A DNA stretch of 63,039 bases, counting the filler, from Octopus bimaculoides (taxonomy: Eukaryota), in assembly GCF_001194135.2 (NCBI RefSeq). It is 5 parts of 5 records of this genome, joined end to end, with 100 filler letters (N's around TTAATTAATTAA, not from the genome) between each part and the next. Parts side by side here need not be neighbours in the genome. Positions count along the whole stretch, not along the records: positions 28,140 to 45,482 come from NC_068981.1; positions 45,583 to 55,630 come from NW_026322765.1; 3 more parts are not named here. One strand, given 5' to 3'. Of the stretch, positions 38,175 to 51,503 are shown one piece after another. Every line of letters starts with the position of its first letter. Positions within the stretch are counted from its first letter, which is position 1. Below the pieces are notes generated by a model. That model had not been told where the DNA came from. It saw nothing but the letters and a program-made list of their open reading frames with translations, and ran no database searches. A program made the position numbers and the translations under genes.

Positions 38175-38570
38175 AGAGAGAGAGCGAGCGAGACACGCAC
38201 ACAAAATACATACACATATTGTGTGTGTTTATACAAACACATACATATAGGTATATATAAAATATCTCTACATATGTCAATGAAATTCATACGAAATTCA
38301 TGATTCCTTACATAATTCATTTCCTCCTAGAGAAACTGCAGCATTGCGGAGACTAAGCAAAACCGGAATTACTTCAATATATTTTACCCAATGAATTCAT
38401 ACGCTGCCATTATATCCAAAATACACAAGCACATACATACATTTATGCACACACACATACGCAGGCATACTGCAATTCATTTTATCATATATAACTTTTA
38501 TCATATATAACTGCAACTTAAAATACAGCATTCAATGTAGCATCTGGACATTCAATATTTATTCATTTTA

Positions 38571-38960
38571 AGGCGGTGAGCTGGCAGAAACGTTAGCACA
38601 CCGGCCGAAATGCTTAACTGTATTTCGTCTGCCGTTACGTTCTTGGTTCAAATTCCGCCGAGGTCGACTTTGCCTTTCATCCTTTCGAGGTCGATAAATT
38701 AAGTACCAGTTACGCACTGGGGTCGATGTAATCGAATTAATCCGTTTGTCTATCCTTGTTTAGCCCCTTGTGGACAATAAAGAAATAGGAAACGTTAGCA
38801 GTATTTCGTCTGTCTTTACTTTTTGAGTTCAAATTCCGCCGAGGTCGACTTCGCCTTTCATCTTTTCGGGGTCGATAAATTAAGTACCAGTTGTTTAGTG
38901 GGATTGATCTAATCAACTGCCCCCCCCCACCTCCCCAAAAGTTTCTGGCCTTCTGCCTAG
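38571..38960 (+). mobile_element. SINE family A, dimeric form (two body units)
   Basis: Head and body to CCCCTTGTGGACAATAAAGAAATAG, then a second AAACGTTAGC..GTATTTCGTCTG body with a GGCCTT tail. Confidence 0.9.
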
Positions 38961-41059
38961 AATATTCATTCTTTATGTTTCCACTTTTGTTGGATATATT
39001 TCCCTCTAATCGCTAGAAATGATTCTACGTTTCATTTGACAATGATTGAGATGTTACAGTGAAACATTCTTTTTTTATAATTATTACTCGAACATTCTCT
39101 AATTTTGATGTAGAGAATAAATAGACGATTGTCGTTTGCCAAAGCATATGCATTGTTATCGGGCTGTAAGTGAAATCAGGACAGAACTTCACTTGAAATG
39201 CAAGTGGTTAAGTCTAATTTTCATTTAATTCTGTTTGGTAATTTATGAGCAAAGGTGAGAACATCGATAATTGTTATAGGGTGCTGGCTCACAACAGATC
39301 GGAAAAGAATTTACGAGGAGAGCTAATCACTCTGATCCTACAACTCAACACGTTGTCACACATTACCACATTTTGTCAAATAATGGTGTATTGTCTATGA
39401 TATATATGCGCGAGAAAATTTCGTAAGAAAAGACAATAACATTTTATAATAGAGCCAATATAATAGTTTATAAAAAGTTTGCGGAAAGTTTAAATAACAG
39501 GACCACAAACCTGGAATAGGTAGTACAGCTTTTCCTTAAATGTTGGTCGGTTTATTACTCAAAACGATTGACGTAAAGATATTTGCATATCATTAAACAT
39601 TTATATGAAAGTGTTGTCAGCGCACGCGCGAGAACGCATGTTCTCATGCGTGTTGCTTAATTTTCGTAATATTCTATTTTTTGTAGACTTCCGATCTTTT
39701 TATTGAGAGTATAATTATAGTTTTCATTCATATAACAAAATTATCACCGAATGAAATAAACAAAATTAAATCAATACTCATATAAATAGTTTTAAAATAT
39801 ATTTTTATAATATATACTAATTTTATTATATTCACAGAATAGTCTGATGTTTACAACTATAAATATTGATAGACAGACCTGCTCAATGTTGTTAGCAGAC
39901 AAAATATAAACAGCTCTGTCACAGCAATCTAATTTACGAACTTTATTCCATTACTGCCATGAAATTCAGACTTTAGTATTAATATATTTTCTTTCTCATC
40001 AGACATTACAAATATTCTGACAGATGACTCGCTGACAAAACCAATTTTCCAAAATACTACTACGCCATTCCAGACACTCATAATAACTCATTCCACCTAT
40101 CTGAAGAAGTTGTTATATTGTACGGTTGTAGGTATGCAATGGAAACTGTATATAAGTCAATGACATTCTGTGAGAAAATAGCCTAGCATAGTTTACTTCA
40201 GACAGACGACCCATCATTCAGGACTGAAAGAAATATTGTTCAACTCAGGACAAGTTCTATGACCATTTACTATTTAACGGTTTTACGACACTTTAAAAGG
40301 AAACTACTGTAGGTTGGCAAGGACGTAGATTTTGATATGGTAACATTCAGTTAAAATATGGATTGAAAACGTCACTTTCTATTTGAGAAGGATAAAGAAA
40401 TGTGGTAACACTATCTTTATAAAAAAAATTAGCAGAATGCTTTATAGAAATTTTTCTCTATCCTGAATAATTACAAAAATCATTCAAAAAATAAATTTCA
40501 GAATAAATATATTTCTTAAGCAGGTTTGCATTACATTGCATTGTAAATGTCTATGGATTATCTACCCTTAAATCCATCTTATAAGTAGGCTGCTTGTAAT
40601 AAGTGATCTATTAGATTGTCTCTCCTGCACTAAAAAAAGAGCTTTAGTGAATTATGAAGGGACATATGTACCTTTAACAGTCGAAGCGTTTACAAAATAA
40701 ATAGTTTTCTTCTGAGAAAATGCATTTTACAAAACCTAAACATTTTTTTATAAGTTTTTCTCTAATACTTTTTACATACTTTCTGCAAACTGCCGCTTTA
40801 TTAATCTTCAATAAAACAATAACGAAATAAACGTTGACAACAAAATGAGTCGTAACAATATCTACTGGTTTCGTGTCGTCAAATATTGGTATAAATATGA
40901 AATGAATAATCATATAGTCTGTAAAATCATTGACAGCTAAACATTAAAATCCTGCAAAATATATCATAGAAAATTTTTTGTATTGCATAATACTTTGCGT
41001 CTCCTCCATGTTCTGTCATTGGCGCCATTACATAATATATTATAATATATATATGTGTG

Positions 41060-41134
<75 letters not shown>

Positions 41135-42288
41135 ATCACACACACAATGTAACTTGCATATAGTTTTGAGGGGAACTTCAAACGCATCATTAATACTCTT
41201 TTCTTTCACTGTTTTGAAATATAATTAAACCCGAAAATATATATACATATCATTAAATCTGTGCCAAAAAGATAACAAAGCATTTTGATGACTAGCCAAA
41301 TATTATTAATAGAGGAGATTTGTGTTTGTCATTTAGAAGCAGTTTACTATTTTACAATATATCTATCATATCGAGCCACTAAAATTGAAAGTAGCCATTT
41401 AGTTTTAGAATTCCAAAATCGACGTAATGGATGGAATGTCTATTATATAACCCTATTTTCTATTTCCTCTAGAAATAGAATATTCATAGAAATTTGCTTA
41501 TCAGCTCCATCTAAACATACAACTTCACAACTCTTGATTTAGACGTTGTAATTATAAAGATATCTATAATGCAATAGTATTTCATCATCCACCGTTAGCT
41601 GTGATGTTATTCATTGAAACTCGTGTTTAATCACCATTGACTTAGATGAGTAAAACTAGCTGTACTCTATTGCAATACATCAATGAATTTGGATAGCCCA
41701 AGGCCGATATTTCATTGTCCAGAAAATCGCCAATGAATTTTAATAAGCTCAGGCTCCTTCCAATACAATGTTTCTAATCGATGTTTACTGCATCTGAAAA
41801 GCAAATTATGCGTTTTTATCTCATGTTATGAGAAAATATATCAGAATAGCATTGAGAGTGTTTGAAGCAGAATATTTTAACAATGAACCATTGTTGTGCA
41901 TATACCACTGATGCCTACTATCAGATCTCACCATTTTCTTCGCGTTCTTCAACAAAACGTCACCTTCCATACAAAGGCCCTATTCTATCTAAGTATCAAT
42001 AAGCTATTTCTGAAGATGTAATCATTAATAAAATTGAAAGAAGTTTTAGAATAGGAAATAAAGAATGTGAATTATGAATAATGGAATAATTATAGATTTA
42101 AAAAAATATATATATTTTATTTATGAGAACGAATCAAAGAATGAGGGTGCAGATAAAATGTGTTTTCAGGTGGAGTCAAGAGAAAAATGTGTGAATATAT
42201 ATATAAATGTGTGCGTGTGTGCCTGAGCGTTTATGTATATATGTGATGTGTGCATGTATGCATATGTACGTTTATGTGTGGATCGATA

Positions 42289-42324
<36 letters not shown>

Positions 42325-42829
42325 AAATGCGAAAACATTGCGTGAGCCTTTGAACTGTGAAATTTTGAAGTAAGATATTTTAGGAATTGATACTGGTGGT
42401 AACCGCTCACTGCGATGCCTTAGTGGATCCAAAAATGTACAATATAGAGGTGCAGTTTCTAACAACTGAAATTGGAACCAAGTAAATATATTGTAGATTT
42501 TGATCTCAAATCTCATCTGCGTCTTTGTGAAAAACATAATCTACAGAAACAAATTTGTGAATGAAGTAGCTTTATTTTCATAATACAGGTAGTTTTATCT
42601 TTTTTATATCCTAAAAATATATACTAGAAAGTGTTTGTAAGATTAGTATTTTATTACATCCATTTATGTCTCGAATTCAAATACTAACAATGCGTTTTTT
42701 ATCTTTCAATTGATGTGTATTTCGAGAATTAATTACAGGCCAAGATTTCCACAGTAATTAGCACTGTAGACTTCTATCGCAACACTAGAATTTTCACTGT
42801 TGAGTCCAAGTTACAAATTAACAATTTCA

Positions 42830-43228
42830 AATTCTGGCACAATACCAACAAGTTTGGGTTGGGGGTAAGTCTATTACATCACACCACCCTCTGCTTAACT
42901 GGTATATATTTTATCGACCCCGAAAGGATGAAAGGCAAAGATGACCTTGGCAGAGTATGCACTCAGAACTTATACAGGGATGAAATGCCACTAAGCATTT
43001 TGTCCGGCGCACTAACGGTTCTTTTCTACTTTAGGCACAAGGCCCGAACTTTCGGGGGTAGGGAGCCAGTCGATTAGATCGACCCCAGTACGCAATTGGT
43101 ACTGAATTTATCGATTCCGAAAGAATGTAAGGCAAAGTCGGCGGAATTTGAACTCAGAACGTAGCGGCAGACGAAATACCGCTAAGCATTTCGCCCGGTG
43201 TGATAACGTTTCTGCCAATTCGCCGCTT
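42830..43228 (-). mobile_element. SINE family A units in tandem
   Basis: Two reverse-oriented ATCGACCCCGAAAGGATGAAAGGCAAAG...ACTCAGAAC units and the head AACGTTTCTGCCAATTCGCCGC. Confidence 0.85.
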
Positions 43229-43969
43229 TGGCGCACTAACAATACTCCCAGCTTGCTAGAACAATAAGCATGTGTATGAATAGCGTTATGTGTATTAAGC
43301 TGATAGGAATGCATAGTGGGTCGACCATGAATGGTGAAAATATTTTGAAGTATTTTGAAAAATCACTTGTAACAAATAAGATTGCCTTTTTATATAGAAT
43401 ATGAAATGTACACTCATCTACATTTATATGGATGATTTGTATATATAGATATAACAAAAGAAACTTGTTTTGTCTGTTGAAATCTAATTATACTATACTG
43501 AAAGAGTTCATATTCTTGACAGAAGTTTAAAAGTAAAAGGAAAATGAATATCTTTTCCTATATGGATTGTCATAAATAAAATATTGTCACAGAGAAAAGC
43601 TATATTCTGCTGTAATCGTTAATACGTTAAAATAGTCACCACATATGTTGGAACACTTATAAGCTTACAATTTATGATAGCTTCAGAATATTGTATTCGG
43701 ATATTACTAAAAAAATCTAATATAGGAACTTTGTAGAATATAATACCAAATTTGAATAAAAATGAATATTTGGACGTTATTTTCCGTACTTTACAATAAA
43801 TAAGTTTGCCATATTGCATTTGAAATTCGATACTTGTCACTCTGATAGCGTATAAGTAGCATTTGTTTCTATTTTAGCACGAATATATATTCTTATATGA
43901 ATGTGCGCTTAAAGGGAATTAAATGGTGTTTATATATGGATGTCAGTACCTGAATACATATGTATGTGG

Positions 43970-44286
43970 GTGATCCCGCCTTCCCCATCTAAAATAGGGA
44001 CACAGTACGGCAATAGTCTGCGTTTTAAGGGCCCGCAAATGTTCAACATCCTGCCAGGCAACCTTAGAGATTTACATGATGTTTATGTGGAAGTTTTCAA
44101 AGAACGTCTGGACAGGTTTCTGTCAGATATCAGTTGAAGCAACATCGTGGCAGGAGAAACAAAGAAGAGTAGATCTGTCCAAATTGATACTTCATCAAAA
44201 ACAATACTGGAAACTCTACCGAGCAAATACAGGTGGTGTATCAGAATCGCTTCAAACCTGACTTGAAAGCAGTAAAAGATAAAAGA
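43970..44286 (+). mobile_element. CR1/L2-group LINE 3' end with 3' UTR tail
   Basis: VIPPSPSKIGTQYGNSLRFKGPQMFNILPGNLRDLHDVYVEVFKERLDRFLS, the same family as 30545-30925. Tail is GGTGGTG...TGACTTGAAAGCAGTAAAAGATAAAAGA. Confidence 0.8.
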
Positions 44287-44622
44287 AAACATGTAATGTG
44301 TGTGTGTGTGTGCGCGCTTCCGGTTTCGTTTCGGAAAGATGTGCTATTTCGTTCTCCTGATATAACCGAGAGGGCTTCCCTAAATCGACAAAAAAGTATG
44401 CTAAAACTGACAAAAGCGTAGTACTCGTTATTTCATAACTGTCTACTATAATATATCAGTTAATAACAAAAAAAAAAGTATGCAAATTATGGGGGTCTAC
44501 TTAACAGGTGTTCTAAACGAATACGCACGCTCGGTAAGTACTGTAACGGATTACTAGGGCCCCAAGATTGTAGCCGAGACGGTAGTTATGGAGCCATTGT
44601 AGTTTACTGATATATCGGATAT

Positions 44623-44783
44623 ATAATTGTTAAAGAGGACAACAAACGTTAAGGCGAAGCAAACATCTCAAGTCATGTATATTATTGGAAAAATTCGACA
44701 CAAAAATGTTTCCAATAATAATAACGTATATGACTTGAGATATTTGCCTTGCCTTAAATGTTGTTATCCTCTTTAAAAATTAT
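44623..44783. repeat. imperfect hairpin, about 70-bp arms (MITE-like)
   Basis: ATAATTGTTAAAGAGG...ATCTCAAGTCAT...ATTATTGGAAA pairs with TTTCCAATAAT...ATGACTTGAGAT...CCTCTTTAAAAATTAT. Confidence 0.8.
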
Positions 44784-44955
44784 TTATATATATANNNNNN
44801 NNNNATATGAACAATTCCTCCCTTCATGTTAACACTATGGTTATTATTATTATTGTTGTTATTATTTTTTTTATTATTACTAGCTTTGCACAGTGAATTC
44901 ATTTTCAACAAAACATTGGCGGTGTTTGTTTTTTTGTAAAGAACAAGTCTCAGCC

Positions 44956-45470
44956 TTATTTTCTCTGATATCTTTCTCTGGCATCGCTATCACATCGTTC
45001 TGAAGAACTCTTTTTGTCTTCAATTTCAAACTGATGTCCATTCCTTTTTGGTTGATCAATATAACTCAGCAAAACAGGTAAAAACATTAGACCCTGGGAT
45101 GCTCCAAAAAATGCAATGCCAAGTTGCATTCCAAAATAAAGGAGTCTAAAATCTGGGACATTGAAAATGCTAGAACAATAATTCCCAAAAGTTTGATAAG
45201 TGTTATTCCACTCATTACTGAACTTTCTGTATCAGCCACAGCATATTAGGCCCTTGTGACTTTGTCTCCTTCCTTAGCTTCAGCAAATCCTCCAGCAATA
45301 TAGGAACATAATTCAACTGATATTCCAACAGATATGACAAGATTAAAAAGTGAAAGGGCATTGAGCTGTATATCCCAAAGGGAAATCATTCCTAACATAT
45401 CAGTCAATATCATAAGAATGGTAAAAACTAAACGGATTGAAGTATGGAAATGAAATCCCCTGAGAATGAC
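44956..45470 (-). pseudogene. NPC1: Niemann-Pick C1-like pseudogene segment (last transmembrane helices)
   Basis: LVFTILMILTDMLGMISLWDIQLNALSLFNLVISVGISVELCSYIA..RA*YA..SSVMSGITLIKLLGIIVLAFSMSQI then YFGMQLGIAFFGASQGLMFLPVLLSYI. This matches NPC1 [23 protein letters not shown]...[26 protein letters not shown]...HGLIFLPVLLSYIG. In-frame TAA at 45246-45248 and a 1-nt deletion near 45148-45151. Confidence 0.9.
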
Positions 45471-45482
45471 TGTTTATATATA

Positions 45483-45582
45483 NNNNNNNNNNNNNNNNNN
45501 NNNNNNNNNNNNNNNNNNNNNNNNNNTTAATTAATTAANNNNNNNNNNNNNNNNNNNNNNNNNNNNNNNNNNNNNNNNNNNN
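45483..45582. other. artificial scaffold linker
   Basis: 44 N + TTAATTAATTAA + 44 N. Confidence 0.95.
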
Positions 45583-46227
45583 TATATATATATATATATA
45601 TATGCATACATACATATACATGTGTATGTGTGTGTGTGTGTGTGTATGCCTGTGCTTATGTGTACACGAAGGCACATACAAACATACATACTTGCACAAA
45701 CACATACGTACACACATGTCAATACGCATACGGAGACTCATCTAGAAACACACGAATATATACACACATTAATGGATAGACACAATGTTAAAACCCATAT
45801 CGGTGCAATGCCTCTCAGAATAACGGAAGCTGTTCTAATCGAGTGAACACTCGTTGCACTTTATTTATTAATCCAAGCATGACTGGTTTCTGATCATGGT
45901 TTTAGAACATTCCTTTAGCCTGCTCTATTTTACAACTTTCCCCTCCATTGGTTTTTGCTGGAGCTAGAGAGGAACTCTCTATATTTTCCAGGAACAGAGA
46001 ATGAGCAGAGAAAGAGAGAGAGAGAGAGAGAGAGAGGCAGACAGACAGAGACAGAGAGACGGAGAAAAGACTTAAAACGTCCCCCCCCCCCCCTCTCTCT
46101 CTCTCTCTCCCGACTTCTTGCAGTTCTTTCCCCATTTTCTAACAGACAAACATTTGTAGAAATGCAAGTATTCACACACGCATGCATGCAAACGCACACT
46201 CGCACACGCGCCCCTACACACACATGT

Positions 46228-46276
<49 letters not shown>

Positions 46277-46497
46277 CAGATAGGCAGGCAGGCAGGCATA
46301 CATGTGTACGTATATATGCATTACTAATGTAACTGTATATATCTATGTACATATGAATAGATGTTTATACCCATGCATGTGCTTGTGTGTGTGTGCATAC
46401 ATGCATACGTATATACATGAGCTTATATATATATACACATACATAAATACGTATATGTATGAGCTTATATATGTGTATGTATATATACACATATATA

Positions 46498-46542
<45 letters not shown>

Positions 46543-47022
46543 CTTATGTGTATANNNNNNNNNNTATATACATACATATATACATACATATCTATATATA
46601 TATATATATACATATATACACATATATACACGTTTACATTCATATTTGCACACAAACGCACACACACACACGTAGGCACACATTGACATACAGGCAAGCG
46701 CGAACCCACACGCATTAAATATTATACATACATACATACATACATACATAGCTTTCGACCAGTGTTTACAAAGCTATAACGTTTGATGTATGCCTGTTTA
46801 TATATATCGAATAGACATTTATATATACTCCTATCTATCACTTATTAATATTCTGTCTGTGTAACATTCGATCGATTTTCTCCCCCCCCCTCTCTCCCTC
46901 TACACTCTTTCCTCCCGTCTCCTTCCTTGCGCTCTCTCCCGATCTCTCTTGGTGTGTACTCACGCAAACACATCATATATATATATATATATATCTACGC
47001 ATGTAGACATATATATATATAT

Positions 47023-47074
<52 letters not shown>

Positions 47075-47359
47075 GTACTTATGTATACACACACTTCTAC
47101 AGTCAAACATGTGTGTATGTGCATATAGTTTCTATCATATCCTCCCTCCCTCTCTCTCTATCTCTCTCTGCCCAAAAGCGTGCCTCACCCACAGGCACAT
47201 AATATTCGTACTTGTAACAGTTAGATATATAGGAAAATGCGTACATACGATCACACACTAATCTCATATGCGCACGCATTTAGATAGATAGATAGATAGG
47301 TAGAGAGAGAGCGATAGAGAGAGATAGATAGAGAGATAGAGATCAATAGGTAGATAGAC

Positions 47360-47408
<49 letters not shown>

Positions 47409-47410
47409 TA
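45583..47410. repeat. microsatellite-rich block: (TA)n, (TG)n, (GA)n, (GATA)n, (CATA)n
   Basis: Seen directly. Confidence 0.9.
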
Positions 47411-48373
47411 GTCATTCCGATGCTTCACTCGCTTATTCTCATTCTATCCTTCTCTCATTCCCCCCCTCTCTCTTCCATTTTCTCTCTCTCTCTCTTTCTT
47501 TCTCTTCCACGCTTTTCACCTCTTTTAATCGTTCCTTATCGATCTGCACATTTGAGCAACATGCGGTAGGTGGAAGAAGATAGTGTGAAACTTAAAAATT
47601 ATTAAAAGAAAAAAAAAACAAGCATTTATCTGCATATTCTAGTTTCCTATTTGTTTTTTACTATTTCCGCCTCGTCCTCCCAGCTCTCCCTCCTCCCCCT
47701 CTCTCTCTCTCTCTTCGTCTGTCTATCTTTTTCTCTCTCGTTCACTTTCTTCATTCTCCACTGCTATGTCTGTCTCTTACTTTCCGTACAGCCAGTCGCT
47801 AATAAAATTACGTATAAACTTGTAACCATTTGGACTGGCTTTTAAAAATATATAAATTGTTGTCAAAAAGCAACATCATCCGGTCTATGCAACATTTAAA
47901 TCGTAATTTTATTTTCATACAATTTTAATGAGTGATTATTTATTAAACTCCATTTGCATTCCCCTCGCCCCCGTTTTAATGTCTGATATATTACCAAGCA
48001 ATTTTTAGTACAACTAGCACAGACGTTATAGAAATGTGCGAGTGTGTGCGTGTGTGTCTGCGTGTGTGTGCGTGTGTGAGAGAGAGAGATAGAGGGGGAG
48101 CGAATGTGTACATGTATGTACATGTATGTGTATATATGTGTGAGTACATGTGTGTGTGTGTTGTGTGTCTATTTACACAGGGGGTGGGAGGTGGAGTAGT
48201 ATTTGTGATCTCTGGGAAACTTCAGAGAATCATGAAGTCGACATGTCTGATATTTAGCTAGAAATTCTGGTAAATTAAAAATTAAAATTCCTGAACGAAG
48301 GGGAACGGATCTATGCGGAGTTGAAACTTCCAGGGGACTGAATTTCAGGATCATATCGGGTTTGATGAGCGCG

Positions 48374-48444
<71 letters not shown>

Positions 48445-48695
48445 CTTTTACCTTTTACTTGTTTCTATCATTGAACAGCGGCCACGTTATGGGGACGTAA
48501 ACAAGCCAACATCCGTTTGTCAAACAGTGAGTGGGGTCAAACACAGGCACAAAAACTAACTTGTATATAATCGCAATCATGACCGTGTGGTAAGAAGTTT
48601 GCATCCCGATCACATGGTTTCAGATTCAATCCGCATGCGTGAAAACTTGGGCAGGTGTCTTCGATGATAGCCCCAGGTGGACCAAATCCTTGTGA
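48445..48695. mobile_element. two family B SINE fragments in opposite orientations (tail on minus, head on plus)
   Basis: TTTTACTTGTTTC...GGGGACGTAAACA on the left; CGTGTGGTAAGAAGTTTGC...CTTGGGCAGGTGTCTTC on the right. Confidence 0.65.
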
Positions 48696-49340
48696 ACCCT
48701 AAAACATAACAACAATCAACTTTCTATATAAAAAAATGTTATGACTTGGATTTGAGATATCCATTTATTTCCACGCTTCCCTGAACCCTAAACAATAACC
48801 AAATTCCTATAAGTAGTAGGCATTCGTCGGTCTCGAGAGACCATGGATCTGAGTCCGAAGAAATTGTGCCAGTTGCTGATGTTGATGCAGCGTTTGCTGT
48901 TGCTGTAGAGAACTAACTACATGGGGGTTGCAGTTGCGCATGCAGTGACCAAATTTCTATATCAAACCAAAATAAATCTCCTCACTATAACTTTCTAACA
49001 ATTCAAACGCAATAAACTAATACACTCTTCTTATCCTCCTTTATTTCCTCTTCTTACATCGTGCATAATTATCATTCACATAGCTCCACTTACTACCACA
49101 CGCCGCCTGAAAAAAGCCAACTTGTCAGAGACTATATATAATCAAAAAGAACCCAATTAAAGCAAAGTTTGATGAAGGCTAGCAAACCAAAACTTCGAGG
49201 CCACTATCAACCTTTTCCTTGAAAAAGTTTACGAACAATGTAATCTACTAAAATACATTGAATAACGCATGTTTCCATATAACTTGAAGCAAAATCATTA
49301 ATATATGTGTAGGCATATATATATGTGTGTGTGTGTGTGT

Positions 49341-49391
<51 letters not shown>

Positions 49392-49890
49392 CAGACATAC
49401 ATATGTATATACAGACACACATGTACACACACTCACACACACAAACGTATAAGTAAGTATTACAAGAGATGGATTCAGGGACCTGCGTTGCTTTCATATA
49501 CAGCTCTTGTTCTGGACTCGGCTAACACTCCACACAGTAATCCAATACAGAGAAATGTGATGATGTGTGTTCCTAGAGCTGAAATCGAATCGATGAAATT
49601 TTGTAATGAGGAGTATACAAACCATAAAAGTCAGGAGGCATGAAAGGTGATTATATATTCATCTAACCACGTGACAGCCTTTGGCTTACGGCCGTTTCTC
49701 AGCCTTCTTCATGTAGTTTTATGTCCAGCGTGGAAGAAATTATGCTTACAGGCTTATCTTAATATATATATGCTCAGCATTATATAGCGCCATTGCATAT
49801 TCACTGCAAATAAAGAAAGCTAGAAAGTTGTCCGTCAGCTTTTGGCGACATCACTGAATGTTTGGTCAGTGCTAAGTTTTGTCTGTTTGG

Positions 49891-50124
49891 AAGGCGTCGA
49901 GCTGGCAGAAACGTTAGCGCGCCGGGCGGAATGCTTAGCGGTATTTCGTCTGTCTTTACGTTCTGAGTTCAAATCCCGCCGAAGTCGACTTTGCCTTTCA
50001 TCCTTTCGGGGTCGATAAATTAAGTACCAGTCATGCACTGGGGTCGATGTAATCGACTTAATCACTTTGCCTGTCATTGTTTGTCCCCTTTATGCTTAGC
50101 CCCTTGTGGGCAATAAAGAAATAA
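49891..50124 (+). mobile_element. SINE family A
   Basis: Near-consensus head and body ending CCCCTTGTGGGCAATAAAGAAATAAG. Confidence 0.9.
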
Positions 50125-50559
50125 GCTTTATCAGTTTGAGTCATTTTCGATCTGGCTTTCGGTATTTGGGTACTCGTTGCTGATGATTCGCAATTTACGC
50201 TGAAATTCCGTGATACAAGAATGCCCTCTGCCGGTAATGACGAAATTTCGTCGACCGGTATAATCTGTACTTGTTTTATTGCACCTAGCGTTTGTACGGG
50301 ATGACTCCTCAAACCGTTTACCGCAGTTTATGGCGTCCGAAACAACGCGTCGAAGTTTAGTAGGATGTGCTAATTAATATGTGTGTGTATATATGTGTGT
50401 GTTTACTTACAAGCAAACGTATATGGTACATACACATATACATTCATAGATGTAGACATGTGCGAAGCTATCTGATGACTGGAGTTCTTCCTACGAGCCC
50501 ACGAAACTTTGTCATACGGAACTGATTCAAACTGTTATTAATATAATCTTTTCTACTAT

Positions 50560-50943
50560 ATGCACACGACCTAGATTTTGTGGGCAAGGGGAGAGTCGAT
50601 TACATAACCCCAGTACTTCACTGGTACTTAATTTATCGACTCCGAAACGATGAAAGGCAAAGTCAGCCTCAGCGGAATTTAAACTCGGAACGTAGAGGCA
50701 GACGAAATACCTATTTCTTTACTGCCCACAAGGGGCTACACACAGAGGGGACAAACAAGGACAGACAAACGGATTAAGTCGATTATATCGACCCCAGTGC
50801 GTAACTGGTACTTAATTTATCGACCACGAAAGGATGAAAGGCAAAGTCGACCTCGGCGGGATTCGAACTCAGAACGCAGTGGCAGACGAAATACCGCCAA
50901 GCATTTCGCCCGGCCTGCTAACGATTCTGCCAGCTCGCCGCCT
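50560..50943 (-). mobile_element. SINE family A, dimeric
   Basis: Reverse complement of the dimeric form seen at 38571-38960. Confidence 0.9.
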
Positions 50944-51149
50944 CAACAGCTATTAGTATAACAATATATGTTAAGCAATGAGCTGACAGAGTCGTTAGCT
51001 CGCCAGGCAAGGTTTTAACGTTCTGAGTTCAAATTCCACCGTGATCTACTTTCTGGTTCAATAAAATAAGTACCACTGGGGTAGATATAATCAACTTAGA
51101 TCTCCAACGAAATTGCAGGCCTTGTGCCAAAATTTAAAGCCGATGCATT

Positions 51150-51472
51150 AATATGTGTATGTATGTCTATATCTATATACGTGTGTGTGTGTATGCATCC
51201 ATAAATACATACATACACAAATATATGTACACGTATAAATATACATATAAATGTGGGTATGAGCATATATGTGTGAGTGTCTTTTTATGCGAGTGTGTGC
51301 GTGTGTGAGTGTGTATGCGTGTGTGTGCGTGTGTGAGTGTGTATGCGTGTGTGTGTGTGCATCCATAAATATATACATACAAATATATATATATAGATAG
51401 ATGTATAAATAGACATATGAATGTGGGTACGTGTATATACGTGAGTGTGTCAGTGTGTGTGTGTGCGTGTGT

Positions 51473-51503
<31 letters not shown>

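Noticed and set aside
40001-40130. Plus-strand AG/GT-bounded open segment (ITNILTDDSLTKPIFQ...)
   Set aside because: No homology and no compatible neighbouring exons on that strand.
40674-41020. Short minus-strand ORFs and a 26-nt microexon-like segment
   Set aside because: No recognisable homology; such signals are expected by chance in AT-rich DNA.
41850-41985. VWK.DVLLKN resemblance to the Cys-loop receptor WxPDIxLxN motif (chemotactile-receptor idea)
   Set aside because: It needs a frameshift, lacks the Pro, and no Cys-loop or transmembrane exons were found nearby.
45246-45248. Rescue of the NPC1 stop codon by A-to-I editing
   Set aside because: It would need two edits to give Trp, and the downstream frameshift would still break the protein.
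50231-50258. 14-bp palindrome GACGAAATTTCGTC with CCGGT flanks
   Set aside because: Single short instance with no associated feature.
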